From an uncultured Gammaproteobacteria bacterium (lineage in GTDB: Bacteria; Patescibacteriota; Patescibacteriia; SG8-24), in the NCBI GenBank assembly GCA_964486995.1, contig CAZAOV010000002.1, positions 26,559-90,558 on the forward strand: a DNA stretch of 64,000 nucleotides. The letters are read 5' to 3'. The position numbers and the translations under genes are program-made. Shown piece after piece: positions 20,260 through 29,999 of the stretch; positions within the stretch are counted from its first letter, which is position 1, and every line of letters starts with the position of its first letter. The notes under the pieces were generated by a model. That model did not search any database, was not told where the DNA came from, and saw only the letters and a list, made by a program, of their open reading frames with translations.

Positions 20260-20475
20260 CTATCCATCGCGAGAGAAGCAGAGCTTCACAGTAACCAGCT
20301 GCTCGCAGAGCCACTCGATGAGTACAACGAAAAATTCGACTGCTTCTGCCACGCGCTCGGGCTGAACGAAGAAAACCAGACTCTCGTTTTCGAGGGTGCG
20401 CTCACCATCGAGCAGCTTCTGCTGTCACAGCCCAGCGTCATCATCGGCTTCGGCAACACCGCACCACACGAATGA
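20260..20475 (+). pseudogene. start-less C-terminal fragment of the family-X paralog group (see 23377..23886 and 24861..25349)
   Basis: 71 codons open with no start codon. The fragment ...TLVFEGALTIEQLLLSQPSVIIGFGN aligns with the C-terminus ...LTIGELVVDCPQVILGFGS of the intact paralogs. Confidence 0.5.
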
Positions 20476-20513
20476 CGAATTAAAAAACCCGCCACTTAGT
20501 AGCGGGTATTTTT

Positions 20514-20550
20514 ATCCCCAGAATAGGTCCCTGGCACCTATTCTGGGGAT
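20514..20550. repeat. 37-bp palindromic element (atccccagaatagg-tccctggca-cctattctggggat), copy 1
   Basis: 14-bp stem and 9-nt loop, flanked by T/A runs. Sits at the 3' end of the ABC exporter gene. Confidence 0.7.
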
Positions 20551-20580
20551 ATTTTTTAGCATGAAGCTAGGCGGAGCACA

Positions 20581-22443
20581 TCAGAGCTGAATCCCCTGGT
20601 CGGTGGCGAGACGACGGAAGGTCGGAGAAACCTGGTGTAGTTTTTCGAACGAATCAGCGACAGCTTCGACTTGCTGTTCGCCGGGCGGTGTGTTTTCGAA
20701 CGAACGCAACACCACGAACTTGGAACATAGTTCGCGCACCGTCGAAAGTCGATGTGTCACGATGAGTGCGGAAACTTCAGGACCCAACAGTTTCTGCAGA
20801 CCATCCTGCACCGCACGTTCGGTAGTGGAGTCGAGCGAGGACGTGGCCTCGTCGATTACCATGAACTTCGGGTGCTTCAGCACCGCCGCGCCGACCATCA
20901 GACGCTGAGCCTGACCGCCGGACAGCTTGATTCCGCGCCGGCCGACTACGGTGTTAAGACCGTCTGTTAACCGTTCGCCGAAATCAATCTTCAACAATCG
21001 CATCACTCGCCAGAGATCCTCGTCGGTAACTTTGTCGCGCTCGTCTTCCGGCAGACCGTACAGCAGGTTATAGCGAATCGTACCGTCGAGTACCTGCGCC
21101 TGCTGAGCGATGTAGCCGATGCGCGATATCCACGAACTCACAGAGACTTCACGCAAATCGTAGCCGCCCACCAAAATCGAACCGCTGGTCGGATCACAAA
21201 AACGCTGCACCAACCGCATCAATGTAGTCTTGCCGGCGCCGGAGTCACCGAGCAGTGCGACCTTCTCGCCCGGCTCGATATCGAACGAAATGTTATCAAG
21301 CACCTTAATGACTTCGTGACCGCGGTCTCTGTAGGCGTAAGTAACACCATCTAGCACCACGTTCACCGACTCTTCCGACGACAACAGTACGGGCTGGTCC
21401 GAATCAACGATATCCGGCTCAACATTCATTGCGCGCCGCAACGACATCACCGACGGCATGCAATGATTCATATGCTCCTCGAGCTTAGACACACGCCACA
21501 TATTGTCACAAATGCGCCGTACCCAAATGTACATCGGCAACATTGCGGCTACGGTCCATTCACCGGACCAAATTCCCCACGACACCAGACACAACATGCC
21601 GAGTGAAATCAAATTAATGACGCTTCCGCGAATGCTGATCATCTGAATGAACCAATGCCAGAAACGCCGGTCTTTGACGATCAGATTGTCGTAATCCTCA
21701 TGCAGTCGATTTGTTTCCTCGTGTTCCTTGCCACATGTCTTCACGCGCTCGATGTTGTCCCAACGCTCCACGCGAAAGCGATTGATGCGACGAAACTCGG
21801 CATCGAGCGGTGTGCACACCTTAAGAATCGACCGATTCAAAAACAGTGAAGAAAACATGTGCAGGAATAATGCGCTAGTCATGACTGCGCCAGCGACTGG
21901 GAATACAATCCACAAAATCGCAAATGAAATGAGCAGTTCGGCGATGCGCACACCACCTTCTAGCAGCATCATCTCCTGCATCTGCAGCAATCGCGCTCTC
22001 CCTTTCTCCATGTTGGCGGCGGACAGGTCATCGCTATCACACATATGCTGACCGAGAGACTTCTCCATGAACATCTCAGTCAGACGCGTATCCAACCGAG
22101 TTATGTTGTATCCCAGGCAGTACTCACGAAAATGCATGAATGCGGTGAAGAACCAATGTGCCAGCAGAAACAACCCGCCAACTGTTCCAAGCGACCGGAC
22201 CAAGGCAGTCCAGTCCCGGGCGATGAGCGCCTCGATGGCCCACTTGATAGCGAGAGGCTCCAGCATGCTGAACACGCTGGCCAGCAACAGACTGATGAGC
22301 GCAGGTACAGCCCAGCGCCGACTTTCCGACGGTACGAACTCGCGCCACGCCCAGCGGAACACCCGAATCGACTCTAACGAATCGGACAGGTACTCGCGCA
22401 CCGTAACATTGGTGTTGCGACTCTCTTCCGGGTCTTTGTACAT
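20581..22443 (-). CDS. ABC transporter, fused permease/ATPase (type I exporter, MsbA-like half-transporter)
   Basis: Six-TM region followed by an NBD with Walker A GDSGAGKTT, signature LSGGQAQRL and Walker B MVIDEATS. RBS ggaggg. Confidence 0.9.
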   Translation of the reverse strand: MYKDPEESRNTNVTVREYLSDSLESIRVFRWAWREFVPSESRRWAVPALISLLLASVFSMLEPLAIKWAIEALIARDWTALVRSLGTVGGLFLLAHWFFTAFMHFREYCLGYNITRLDTRLTEMFMEKSLGQHMCDSDDLSAANMEKGRARLLQMQEMMLLEGGVRIAELLISFAILWIVFPVAGAVMTSALFLHMFSSLFLNRSILKVCTPLDAEFRRINRFRVERWDNIERVKTCGKEHEETNRLHEDYDNLIVKDRRFWHWFIQMISIRGSVINLISLGMLCLVSWGIWSGEWTVAAMLPMYIWVRRICDNMWRVSKLEEHMNHCMPSVMSLRRAMNVEPDIVDSDQPVLLSSEESVNVVLDGVTYAYRDRGHEVIKVLDNISFDIEPGEKVALLGDSGAGKTTLMRLVQRFCDPTSGSILVGGYDLREVSVSSWISRIGYIAQQAQVLDGTIRYNLLYGLPEDERDKVTDEDLWRVMRLLKIDFGERLTDGLNTVVGRRGIKLSGGQAQRLMVGAAVLKHPKFMVIDEATSSLDSTTERAVQDGLQKLLGPEVSALIVTHRLSTVRELCSKFVVLRSFENTPPGEQQVEAVADSFEKLHQVSPTFRRLATDQGIQL

Positions 22444-22463
22444 CTTTCCCTCCGACCAGCACT

Positions 22464-22502
22464 TATCCCCAGAATAGGTGCCAGGGACCTATTCTGGGGA
22501 TA
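22464..22502. repeat. 37-39-bp palindromic element, copy 2, inverted relative to copy 1 (loop tgccaggga)
   Basis: Same stem as 20514-20550 but with the loop reverse-complemented. Lies in the 5' leader of the ABC exporter gene. Confidence 0.7.
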
Positions 22503-22584
22503 AAGCACCTTTTGTATAAGAACAAAACGACCGTGCTCTTCTTCCGAACACGGTCTAGGGAATTCTCTAAATTAAGCTAAAAAC

Positions 22585-22740
22585 TCAACATGAATTCACT
22601 GGAACGTGACCGGAAGCGGTCGGCACCACAAGCGCAATAACACCCAGAGGAGCTACGCTAGTTGGCGCACCAAAAACCAGGCCGCGGGTCGCGGCGTCGG
22701 CATTGCCGCACATCCAGTTTTTGTTAGTCCAGTTATTCAT
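22585..22740 (-). CDS. possible 51-aa small ORF (MNNWTNKNWMCGNADAATRGLVFGAPTSVAPLGVIALVVPTASGHVPVNSC)
   Basis: Open frame in the 430-bp leader upstream of the ABC exporter. No Shine-Dalgarno site, so it may be non-coding. Confidence 0.15.
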   Translation of the reverse strand: MNNWTNKNWMCGNADAATRGLVFGAPTSVAPLGVIALVVPTASGHVPVNSC

Positions 22741-22926
22741 ATTGGATATTTGTCCGACTTTTTTTGCCGGAGCCTATGGAGGTTAGCAGAGGTTATGCAG
22801 GGTGTCAAGAATTAGGGTACAGGGTGCAGGTTGCACAGGTTATTCTTTTTTATAAGTAATTTACCTTTCCTCACACCCTGTTACCTGCACCTCATAAAAA
22901 ACCGCCCACCAGGGACGGTTTCTTGA

Positions 22927-23283
22927 TCAGTACCCCCCAAGCACGATCGACAGTACAGGTGCCAAACGTCCTCGCTCACTGCACAGGTAGGTGATGCGCA
23001 ATGGCAATCGATCGGTCTGGCCCGAATCATCGGTCAGAGTGAACTCGAGCGGCTCGCATTTGATGGGCGGTTCGTACATATCAACTTCCACAGCGTGCAA
23101 TCGAAATAAATAAGAGCTGATATCATGCACGAACCGACGGAAATCTTCTTCACTCGAGTCGATGAGACGAAATTCGATTCGCCCATCACCTAGTGGTGAA
23201 AAATGACCGTGCAGACCGCTATTGGTCAGCGCCCGTGAAAAAGCGTCAACACATTGTGGCATCAAATCCAACCTGGTTCTCAT
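22927..23283 (-). CDS. hypothetical protein
   Basis: RBS aggag. 118 aa, divergent from the first family-X gene. Confidence 0.45.
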   Translation of the reverse strand: MRTRLDLMPQCVDAFSRALTNSGLHGHFSPLGDGRIEFRLIDSSEEDFRRFVHDISSYLFRLHAVEVDMYEPPIKCEPLEFTLTDDSGQTDRLPLRITYLCSERGRLAPVLSIVLGGY

Positions 23284-23376
23284 TCGAAACTCCTAGGTTG
23301 ACCATACTGAATGTATCATTTAATTTCAATCCTGCATCAGATAAGCTATGAACAGCCCTTTCGCGAAGGAGTTGTA

Positions 23377-23886
23377 ATGAAAACCAAGAAAATCTCCGGC
23401 TCAAAGCTTTGGCAGGCGGTGCAGCAAGACCCGCTCATAATGAACAGCCTGCCCACCCCGGAACACCAGGCGGCGTATGGGCATTATGTGAAGTTTGACC
23501 TGCTCATGGCTTTGTTCACGCTACTAAATAAGCCCGCATCGCTCGAGACCATTCTGCGAGCCCAGCTCGAGCACGCTAAGTCAGCAATGACCACCGGCCT
23601 AACCAAACAGCTGGCAGCAATTGATTTAGGTGAGCCAGTCGATCAGATGCCGGCCATGGTGGACATGGCGGTTCAGGGCATGGTGCAAACCATTGTGTCT
23701 GTCATGCAATCAATCGCCGATGATATCGACGGCTACCTTGAGCAGCACAATACCACCGAACGCGAGCAGCTCGAGGCTACCCAACTGACGCCGGATAATA
23801 CCGAGAAAATCCTACGGCGTGAACTAAGCATCGGTGACCTGCTGCTGCTGCAGCCGTGCGTAATTTTGCAACCGCAGGCTGAGTAA
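23377..23886 (+). CDS. family-X cytoplasmic protein (paralog 1), hypothetical
   Basis: The start MKTKKISGS is preceded by the RBS aaggag. Homologous along its full length to 24861..25349. Confidence 0.55.
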   Translation: MKTKKISGSKLWQAVQQDPLIMNSLPTPEHQAAYGHYVKFDLLMALFTLLNKPASLETILRAQLEHAKSAMTTGLTKQLAAIDLGEPVDQMPAMVDMAVQGMVQTIVSVMQSIADDIDGYLEQHNTTEREQLEATQLTPDNTEKILRRELSIGDLLLLQPCVILQPQAE

Positions 23887-24101
23887 ACATCTTCCGCTCG
23901 TAAGGGCGGTTTTTTGTTAAAAAAGCCGCGGGAAACGGCATGACGCAGAAACAAATCACTAAGACGGATTTGTCGCCCTCTTAAAATAAGTCTGACTGTT
24001 TTGAGTCGAATTGCTGACCTTGTGCGACGACCATTTCCCTCGTTAATAAAAAAAGACGCTGAAATAAATCCAGCGTCATAGCTCCAGAACGTGACGGGAG
24101 A

Positions 24102-24680
24102 TTAACCCTTATCCTCAATCACCTCCCAAACATCGACCAATTCGATGACCGATTCCTCGTTCAGCGGAGCGAAACCGCACCGAGAGAAATGAGCTAGAAA
24201 CGCTTCCTCGTCATCCTCATAGAGCAGGACGAAATCGGTTTCGGTCATGTCGTGAATCAACTTAATCCGCTCATGCACGTCATCACCGGCAAACAATTTC
24301 TGTCGCAACTCGTCGAGCGGCCTCTCCATTTCAGGTACGGAACTAGGAACCGACACGAGATAGCGCCCGCCTTCCGTATACGCCAACTCTGACAGACCGG
24401 CCGAAAATGCAATCGGCCCATGCTTCAGAAGTGTCTCGCGAGTGGCGCTGTTCGTGACGAAAGAAACGAGTTCCTGCCCGTAATCGGCAGTCGGAACCGC
24501 CAATCTAATCAAACTCACCTCTCCCAATGCTCCTGCCAACGGCTTGAGCGTCAGTGGATCAAGGACTCCATACAAAGAATCCTTGGACGACATGACCGGC
24601 TCCTGACCCTTCATCATATACCACATAACCAGAGCCAGCAGGCCCAGCACGACCATCACAACCATAATCACCTGCAGCAT
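24102..24680 (-). CDS. N-terminally membrane-anchored hypothetical protein
   Basis: Strong RBS ggaggagg. N-terminal TM helix MVVMVVLGLLALVMWYMM. Confidence 0.5.
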   Translation of the reverse strand: MLQVIMVVMVVLGLLALVMWYMMKGQEPVMSSKDSLYGVLDPLTLKPLAGALGEVSLIRLAVPTADYGQELVSFVTNSATRETLLKHGPIAFSAGLSELAYTEGGRYLVSVPSSVPEMERPLDELRQKLFAGDDVHERIKLIHDMTETDFVLLYEDDEEAFLAHFSRCGFAPLNEESVIELVDVWEVIEDKG

Positions 24681-24860
24681 CCTTTCCTCCTCCGCTTAGA
24701 GTAGAATTGCCCTCTTAGGCCTGTTCTTTCGAACACCGCACGTTACCATATTTGTGCTTATTTGTCAATACTTATACCCAACTCGACTTTGACGACCGAG
24801 CTTATCAGAGTTAAAAAGAATAACGCCGACCCGCAGTAGGGCGGGCAAAAAGGAGGTCCT

Positions 24861-25349
24861 GTGACTGTTACTGGCAAACATATTCTTCAGGCGGTCATCG
24901 ATGACGGCGGATTCGACCCGAGCATGCCCCCGGCTGCACGCCAAATCCTGGAACAATTCCTTGAGAATGATGTTCCTACCGCGCTTGCTGCCCTGCTCAA
25001 CCAGCCAGCGACCGCCAAGCTCATTACAGAGGCACAACTCGCCTATAACGAGTGCTATCTGAATCAGGATATGCCTCGAAAGCTAATCACGGCCGGACTG
25101 CCGAACGACCCGCGCGCTTCGCAGGTTATTGCGGCGTTCGAGGGTAAAATTAGTCAGGTCGTGCAGATGCTGCGAGTGGTTGTGAACAACTTCGATGACA
25201 TGCTGAAGCAAAACGGCTGGAACGAGCGGGACTACCTGCTCACTCTCAATCTGCCGACCGGTATGACGCAGACAATACTGAATCACCAGCTCACTATCGG
25301 CGAGCTTGTCGTGGATTGCCCCCAGGTCATTCTCGGTTTCGGGAGCTGA
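24861..25349 (+). CDS. family-X cytoplasmic protein (paralog 2), hypothetical
   Basis: GTG start with the RBS aaaggagg. C-terminal LTIGELVVDCPQVILGFGS is shared with paralog 1 and with the fragment at 20260. Confidence 0.55.
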   Translation: MTVTGKHILQAVIDDGGFDPSMPPAARQILEQFLENDVPTALAALLNQPATAKLITEAQLAYNECYLNQDMPRKLITAGLPNDPRASQVIAAFEGKISQVVQMLRVVVNNFDDMLKQNGWNERDYLLTLNLPTGMTQTILNHQLTIGELVVDCPQVILGFGS

Positions 25350-25464
25350 TATAAATCCCGGCACTTTGTTGCCGGGTTTTTTGAAATTTCATTTCGCAGT
25401 ATCAAAAGACCCCGCCGCAGGAAGCGTTGGGGTTTTTGTGTATGGTGGGGTCTGGTGACTTTTT

Positions 25465-25989
25465 CTATTCGCCGCCAGAGCAAGACGCTGATAGGACGTG
25501 ATTGATCTCTGAATGAACCGGCGGCGGGACAGAGATGATCACTTTGCCTTCTGGGGCGATGACGTTAACGGTGAACAGCTCACCTTCTCTGACGCGCCAC
25601 TCGCCCGTCGAAACGCCGCAACCCACGATGTGCCAGTACAGTGCGCTCGGCACTACGCGAATCCGGAGCGAACGCCCGTCTTCGAGCGTCACCACAGAAT
25701 CGCGACCGTCTCGCTCCAACGTCGCACCGTAGAAGGTGCTGTGCCGATTCGGGACGAAACTGGTTGCCGGGCCGAGCTCGATGCTGGTCTCGACACACTC
25801 CTCTGATGGAACCGTGGGGGTCTCACTCTCCTGCTCCTGCTCGGTCTCGACATCGGTGTCGAGGGCGGTCTGGGGAACAAGCTGCTCGTTCTGGGCAGCG
25901 CAACCACACATCTGACATGCCAGCACGATGATGCCGGCGATGACGGCCTCGACGACGATTACGTTACGCAGTCCGATGAAAGCATTCAT
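25465..25989 (-). CDS. lipoprotein, hypothetical
   Basis: Start MNAFIGL with the RBS aaagaggag. Lipobox VLAC. Acidic linker followed by a beta-rich domain. Confidence 0.5.
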   Translation of the reverse strand: MNAFIGLRNVIVVEAVIAGIIVLACQMCGCAAQNEQLVPQTALDTDVETEQEQESETPTVPSEECVETSIELGPATSFVPNRHSTFYGATLERDGRDSVVTLEDGRSLRIRVVPSALYWHIVGCGVSTGEWRVREGELFTVNVIAPEGKVIISVPPPVHSEINHVLSASCSGGE

Positions 25990-26274
25990 TATCTTCTCCT
26001 CTTTCTGGGTCAGCGTCCTTGCCAACCCTCTCCTCGGTGCACATCCGAGCCACTTTGAATCCTAGACAAGCATCGGACAACAGTTCGAAACGCACGCCGA
26101 GGGTAGGGTTGGTTAATTGAAAGAACGATATAATATAACATATTTTACTGGTTTTGTCAAGAGTTTCTGGAGATATAAATTGTCTTATTTAAGGTAAAAA
26201 TTAGGATTTTTAAACCCAAGTCAAAAGAAACATTACAAATATGAAAAAACCGAGCTTAATGCTCGGATTTAGGC

Positions 26275-26889
26275 TTATTCTTGCTCCGCTTCTTCCGCTT
26301 CGGCGGCAATCCGAGCTCGGTCGACTTCGATGCCGGACTGTAGCCAAAACGCCAGCTGTTCTGGACTGCGCAGGGCATTCTCATCGGCGAACGGCCAGTT
26401 GAGCGACACCGTATACGGCACATCACACTCTTCGAGCGTAACACAACCCTCGGGTTCCATTACGACAGCTCGCGGATTGTCGGCTCGTTCGGAAAGATCA
26501 GCACTGCCCGTTCGTGTACGCTGATAAATCAGGCCCTCAGCGTTCCGCACATAGTAGATAAGCGACCATATCACTTGACGACGATTCGGAGTCAAGCGCA
26601 CCCACAGTACCGCACCAGCCGGACCAAACGCGCGAATCTCTGGACCGGTGGTATGCCCGACCTGCCAACCAATCGGCAAGGTCATACCAAACCAGCGCTC
26701 AGGCTCTGGCGAAGCGTCTTCCTCAACCTCGTCGATATAGGGGTTCGCGGCGATAGTTGTCGGTTCCTCGGCCTGCGCCTGCTCGGCATGAGCCACACCA
26801 GGGCAGCCGCACAGGTAAATCGAGCAGATGAAAATGATAAGCAGCATCGTGCCCAAAAAGGTTAGCGGGAAAATGAACTCTTTTCTCAT
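26275..26889 (-). CDS. secreted/lipoprotein hypothetical protein
   Basis: RBS aggagg. Signal peptide with a Cys-containing end (LCGCPGVAHA). A terminator follows at 26238-26268. Confidence 0.5.
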   Translation of the reverse strand: MRKEFIFPLTFLGTMLLIIFICSIYLCGCPGVAHAEQAQAEEPTTIAANPYIDEVEEDASPEPERWFGMTLPIGWQVGHTTGPEIRAFGPAGAVLWVRLTPNRRQVIWSLIYYVRNAEGLIYQRTRTGSADLSERADNPRAVVMEPEGCVTLEECDVPYTVSLNWPFADENALRSPEQLAFWLQSGIEVDRARIAAEAEEAEQE

Positions 26890-27162
26890 CGGTTCCTCCT
26901 AAATTCGATGACTGTTTAATCTAGCAGAGGACGAGTGCAACGTCAAGAATATATATGCGAAAGTAAAATTATAGGTCGGTTAAATCACCGTTAAATGTGT
27001 CGCCGCAAAGCTTGTCTCTGCCCATACAGGCACGTACCCGCCGAATTAGGCAGAATCAAGCTCTACAGCTACCGTAAATAAAAAAGACCCCATCAAATTG
27101 AAGGGTCTCGTATAGGCACCGCCCTAGAAGTCGCCGCAGTCCCTGCCGTTGACGCAGGAAAG

Positions 27163-27843
27163 TCATTTACCGTCCTGAAACCAGGTGTCCTCGAGTGAAG
27201 ACGGCTTGACCGCTGCGGTGGCCGCATGACGCTCGGAAGCGAGCAGATGCTCAACGTCATCAATGAAAATGTCAGCGAAGGCCGACTCGACAGTCTCGTC
27301 TAGTTCGGTCACTAGATCATTGTCAAGCGGTGGAAGCTCTTCAACCACCTCGATACAGTCCTCGACATCGGCATCCGCGAGGTAATAATTCATCTCCCAC
27401 GCATGCTGCAAAGTGTCGAACACCCGGTCGAAATCGGGCTCCGCGCCATTGCCCACCACCCCGAACATGAAGTGATGGAGCGAAACGAGATCGATCAGTT
27501 CCAGATCGATGTCACCCGCGTAGTAGCAGTAACTTCCGCGACAACCGGCGAGATCATCGAGGTTCTGCCGGAAAGGCGTCAAGCCGAGCTTGCGATAAAG
27601 TACAGCAGTTCGAGGATTGACTCGCACACTAATCGTACCTTTAGAGTTGATGATGGTAATCTCCTCGCCGTTGTCCTTGTTGAGGGGCTCGTTGGCGAGC
27701 GGATCCATTACCTGCACAGGCACGGAAAGACGGCTGTCTTCCTCCGCATGCCGTGCATGTCCACGACTATGAGTGACTATCTCGTAAATGACCAAGGCTC
27801 CAATGATGGCCACGGCAACCACGACAGCAATCGTGAATTCCAT
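27163..27843 (-). CDS. membrane-anchored hypothetical protein
   Basis: Internal start MEFTIAVVVAVAIIGALVIY with the RBS ggaggaaag. The ORF-track start at 27999 lacks an RBS. Confidence 0.5.
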   Translation of the reverse strand: MEFTIAVVVAVAIIGALVIYEIVTHSRGHARHAEEDSRLSVPVQVMDPLANEPLNKDNGEEITIINSKGTISVRVNPRTAVLYRKLGLTPFRQNLDDLAGCRGSYCYYAGDIDLELIDLVSLHHFMFGVVGNGAEPDFDRVFDTLQHAWEMNYYLADADVEDCIEVVEELPPLDNDLVTELDETVESAFADIFIDDVEHLLASERHAATAAVKPSSLEDTWFQDGK

Positions 27844-28121
27844 TCTTTCCTCCTCTGGGCTCGCGCCCTCTGGTCCGTCTATCGAACCGAGAAATATAGC
27901 AGGATTTAGCTTGGTTGTCAAGCGTTGTGCGTTGCGGGCGACATTCCAGCCTAGTTGCATTACCCATCTGGATTCACAGCCAAGCGGTGACTGACCCACC
28001 TAACAACGCTGTCATTGCGACCCCGGCCCCGAGCCGGAGTCGCAATGACAGGCCGATAGACTTTAGATGCCTGCTACCTGTCCCCCAACAAAAAAACCGC
28101 CCAATAAGGGCGGCATGAGGT

Positions 28122-29999
28122 CTAAATAACAACCCCCTGATCCTCGGCTAAGCGTCGAAATGTCGGCGAAATTTGAGCAATTTCTTCGAAAGAACCGCCG
28201 ATGACCTCGATTTGATTCTCACCAGCTGGTGTGTTTTGAAGTTCGCGCAACACCACAAACTTGGAACACAGCTCGCGCACGGTAGAAAGCCGATGAGCCA
28301 CGATAAGCGCTGAAACGTCCTCACCAAGAATCTTACGCAGCCCGTCTTGTACCGCCTTCTCGGTAGTGGAATCGAGCGAGGACGTGGCCTCGTCGATGAC
28401 CATGAACCGCGGACATTTCAGTACCGCCGCACCGACCATCAACCGCTGAGCCTGCCCGCCGGATAGCTTAATCCCCCGCCGGCCGACCACGGTGTCGAGC
28501 CCATCCACAAGACGCTCACCGAAGTCGATTTTCAACAGTTCTACCACGCGTTGCAGTTCTTCGTCCGTAACTTTATTACGTTCCTCGGCCGGCAAACCGT
28601 ACAGCAAATTGTATTTGATAGTGCCATCTAGAACCTGCGGCTGCTGCGGAATGTATCCAATTAGGCGCTGCCAATCGCGTAACCGTACCGCGCGCAAGTC
28701 ATGACCGTCAATCAATATACGTCCGGCGGTCGGATCCATAAACCGCTGAACCAACCGCATCACCGTAGTCTTGCCTGCACCGGACGGACCGACCAAAGCG
28801 ACCTTTTCACCTAGGCTGATACTGAAATCCACACCGGAAAGAACCGGCGGATTGTCCTTGTTGGTGTCCTCACCGTCGCCGCGCGGATAAGTGAAGCAGA
28901 CATCATCCAACTCCACCGCGACCGGCAAATCATTAGACAATCGATGCGCGTTCGGTGTGTCGGTCACTTCGCAGGGCATCATCAACGCTTCACGCATGGA
29001 CCGTACGGACGGCATGTTCTTGTTCATGCGGTGCTCAACCTGCCCGATGCGCCACACATCATCAGAGATGCGCCGCACCCAGGTAATGAACGGAAACAGG
29101 GTACCGATTGTGAAAGCACTCTGCCACACCATCCAGGCCGCATAGCAAATCAGCGGTCCAATAATCAGAATGTCATAGATCAAGTGTCGGATGTTGAATG
29201 TGCGGATGAACCACAGCCAAAACTTACGGTCCCGTGCGATGATGTCCATGTACCACGTACGCAAGTGCCGAACCTCTTCCTCTTCCTTGCCGTTGGTCTT
29301 GACCCGCTCTGGATATTCCCAACGCTCCCGCATGTAGCGATTGATGGCGCGGAAATCCGCATCGAGCGGAGTGGTCTCGGCGATGGTTCGGCGGTTTACG
29401 TAGGTTGCCCAAAAGAAGTAAGACACCAGCAGACCGAACATGACCAAACCAGCGAACCACGACAGCACGAGCAAGAAGATAAACGAGATTAGCACGTTAA
29501 ATACGGTCATCACCCCGTCGAACAGCACCACGTACTCGACCTCCATCACGCGATGGCGGCCCTTCTCCACGTTGGCGGCCGACAGCACCCCCGAATCCTG
29601 TAGGTGCTGACCGAGCGACTTGGCCAGAAACAGTTCGGTCGAACGCACGTTCAGCTGAACTTCGTCCTCTCCGATGGCATACTCGCGCAGGCTGAAAAAA
29701 ATCCAACTGCAGATTCGGCTCAACGTGAAAAGGGTCACGATAGAACCGAGCGACCACACCACCATGTCGTAATTGCGTATGACTAAGCCGTCCACCAAAT
29801 ATTTTAGCGCGAACGGGAACAGCATACCGAACACCGTGGCGAACAATTGTGCGACGAGCGCACCAAGCTGCCACCGACGACTCAATCGGTTGACAAATTC
29901 ATCAATAACCCAACGAAACACACGGACTGCTTCCAGAGCGTCCGCTAGATATTCTCGTAACGAACCGGCAATACGCCGAGATTCCCTGGGGTCGTCCAT
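28122..29999 (-). CDS. ABC transporter, fused permease/ATPase (paralog of 20581..22443)
   Basis: The C-terminal NBD is near-identical to the first exporter. The start MDDPRESRR with the RBS ggaggagca aligns with MYKDPEESR of the paralog. A terminator follows at 28086-28112. Confidence 0.9.
   Translation of the reverse strand: MDDPRESRRIAGSLREYLADALEAVRVFRWVIDEFVNRLSRRWQLGALVAQLFATVFGMLFPFALKYLVDGLVIRNYDMVVWSLGSIVTLFTLSRICSWIFFSLREYAIGEDEVQLNVRSTELFLAKSLGQHLQDSGVLSAANVEKGRHRVMEVEYVVLFDGVMTVFNVLISFIFLLVLSWFAGLVMFGLLVSYFFWATYVNRRTIAETTPLDADFRAINRYMRERWEYPERVKTNGKEEEEVRHLRTWYMDIIARDRKFWLWFIRTFNIRHLIYDILIIGPLICYAAWMVWQSAFTIGTLFPFITWVRRISDDVWRIGQVEHRMNKNMPSVRSMREALMMPCEVTDTPNAHRLSNDLPVAVELDDVCFTYPRGDGEDTNKDNPPVLSGVDFSISLGEKVALVGPSGAGKTTVMRLVQRFMDPTAGRILIDGHDLRAVRLRDWQRLIGYIPQQPQVLDGTIKYNLLYGLPAEERNKVTDEELQRVVELLKIDFGERLVDGLDTVVGRRGIKLSGGQAQRLMVGAAVLKCPRFMVIDEATSSLDSTTEKAVQDGLRKILGEDVSALIVAHRLSTVRELCSKFVVLRELQNTPAGENQIEVIGGSFEEIAQISPTFRRLAEDQGVVI

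Noticed and set aside
22606-22815. 69-aa plus-strand ORF in the exporter leader region
   Set aside because: No RBS and low-complexity basic sequence. It overlaps the alternative 51-aa minus frame, so the region is more likely non-coding.
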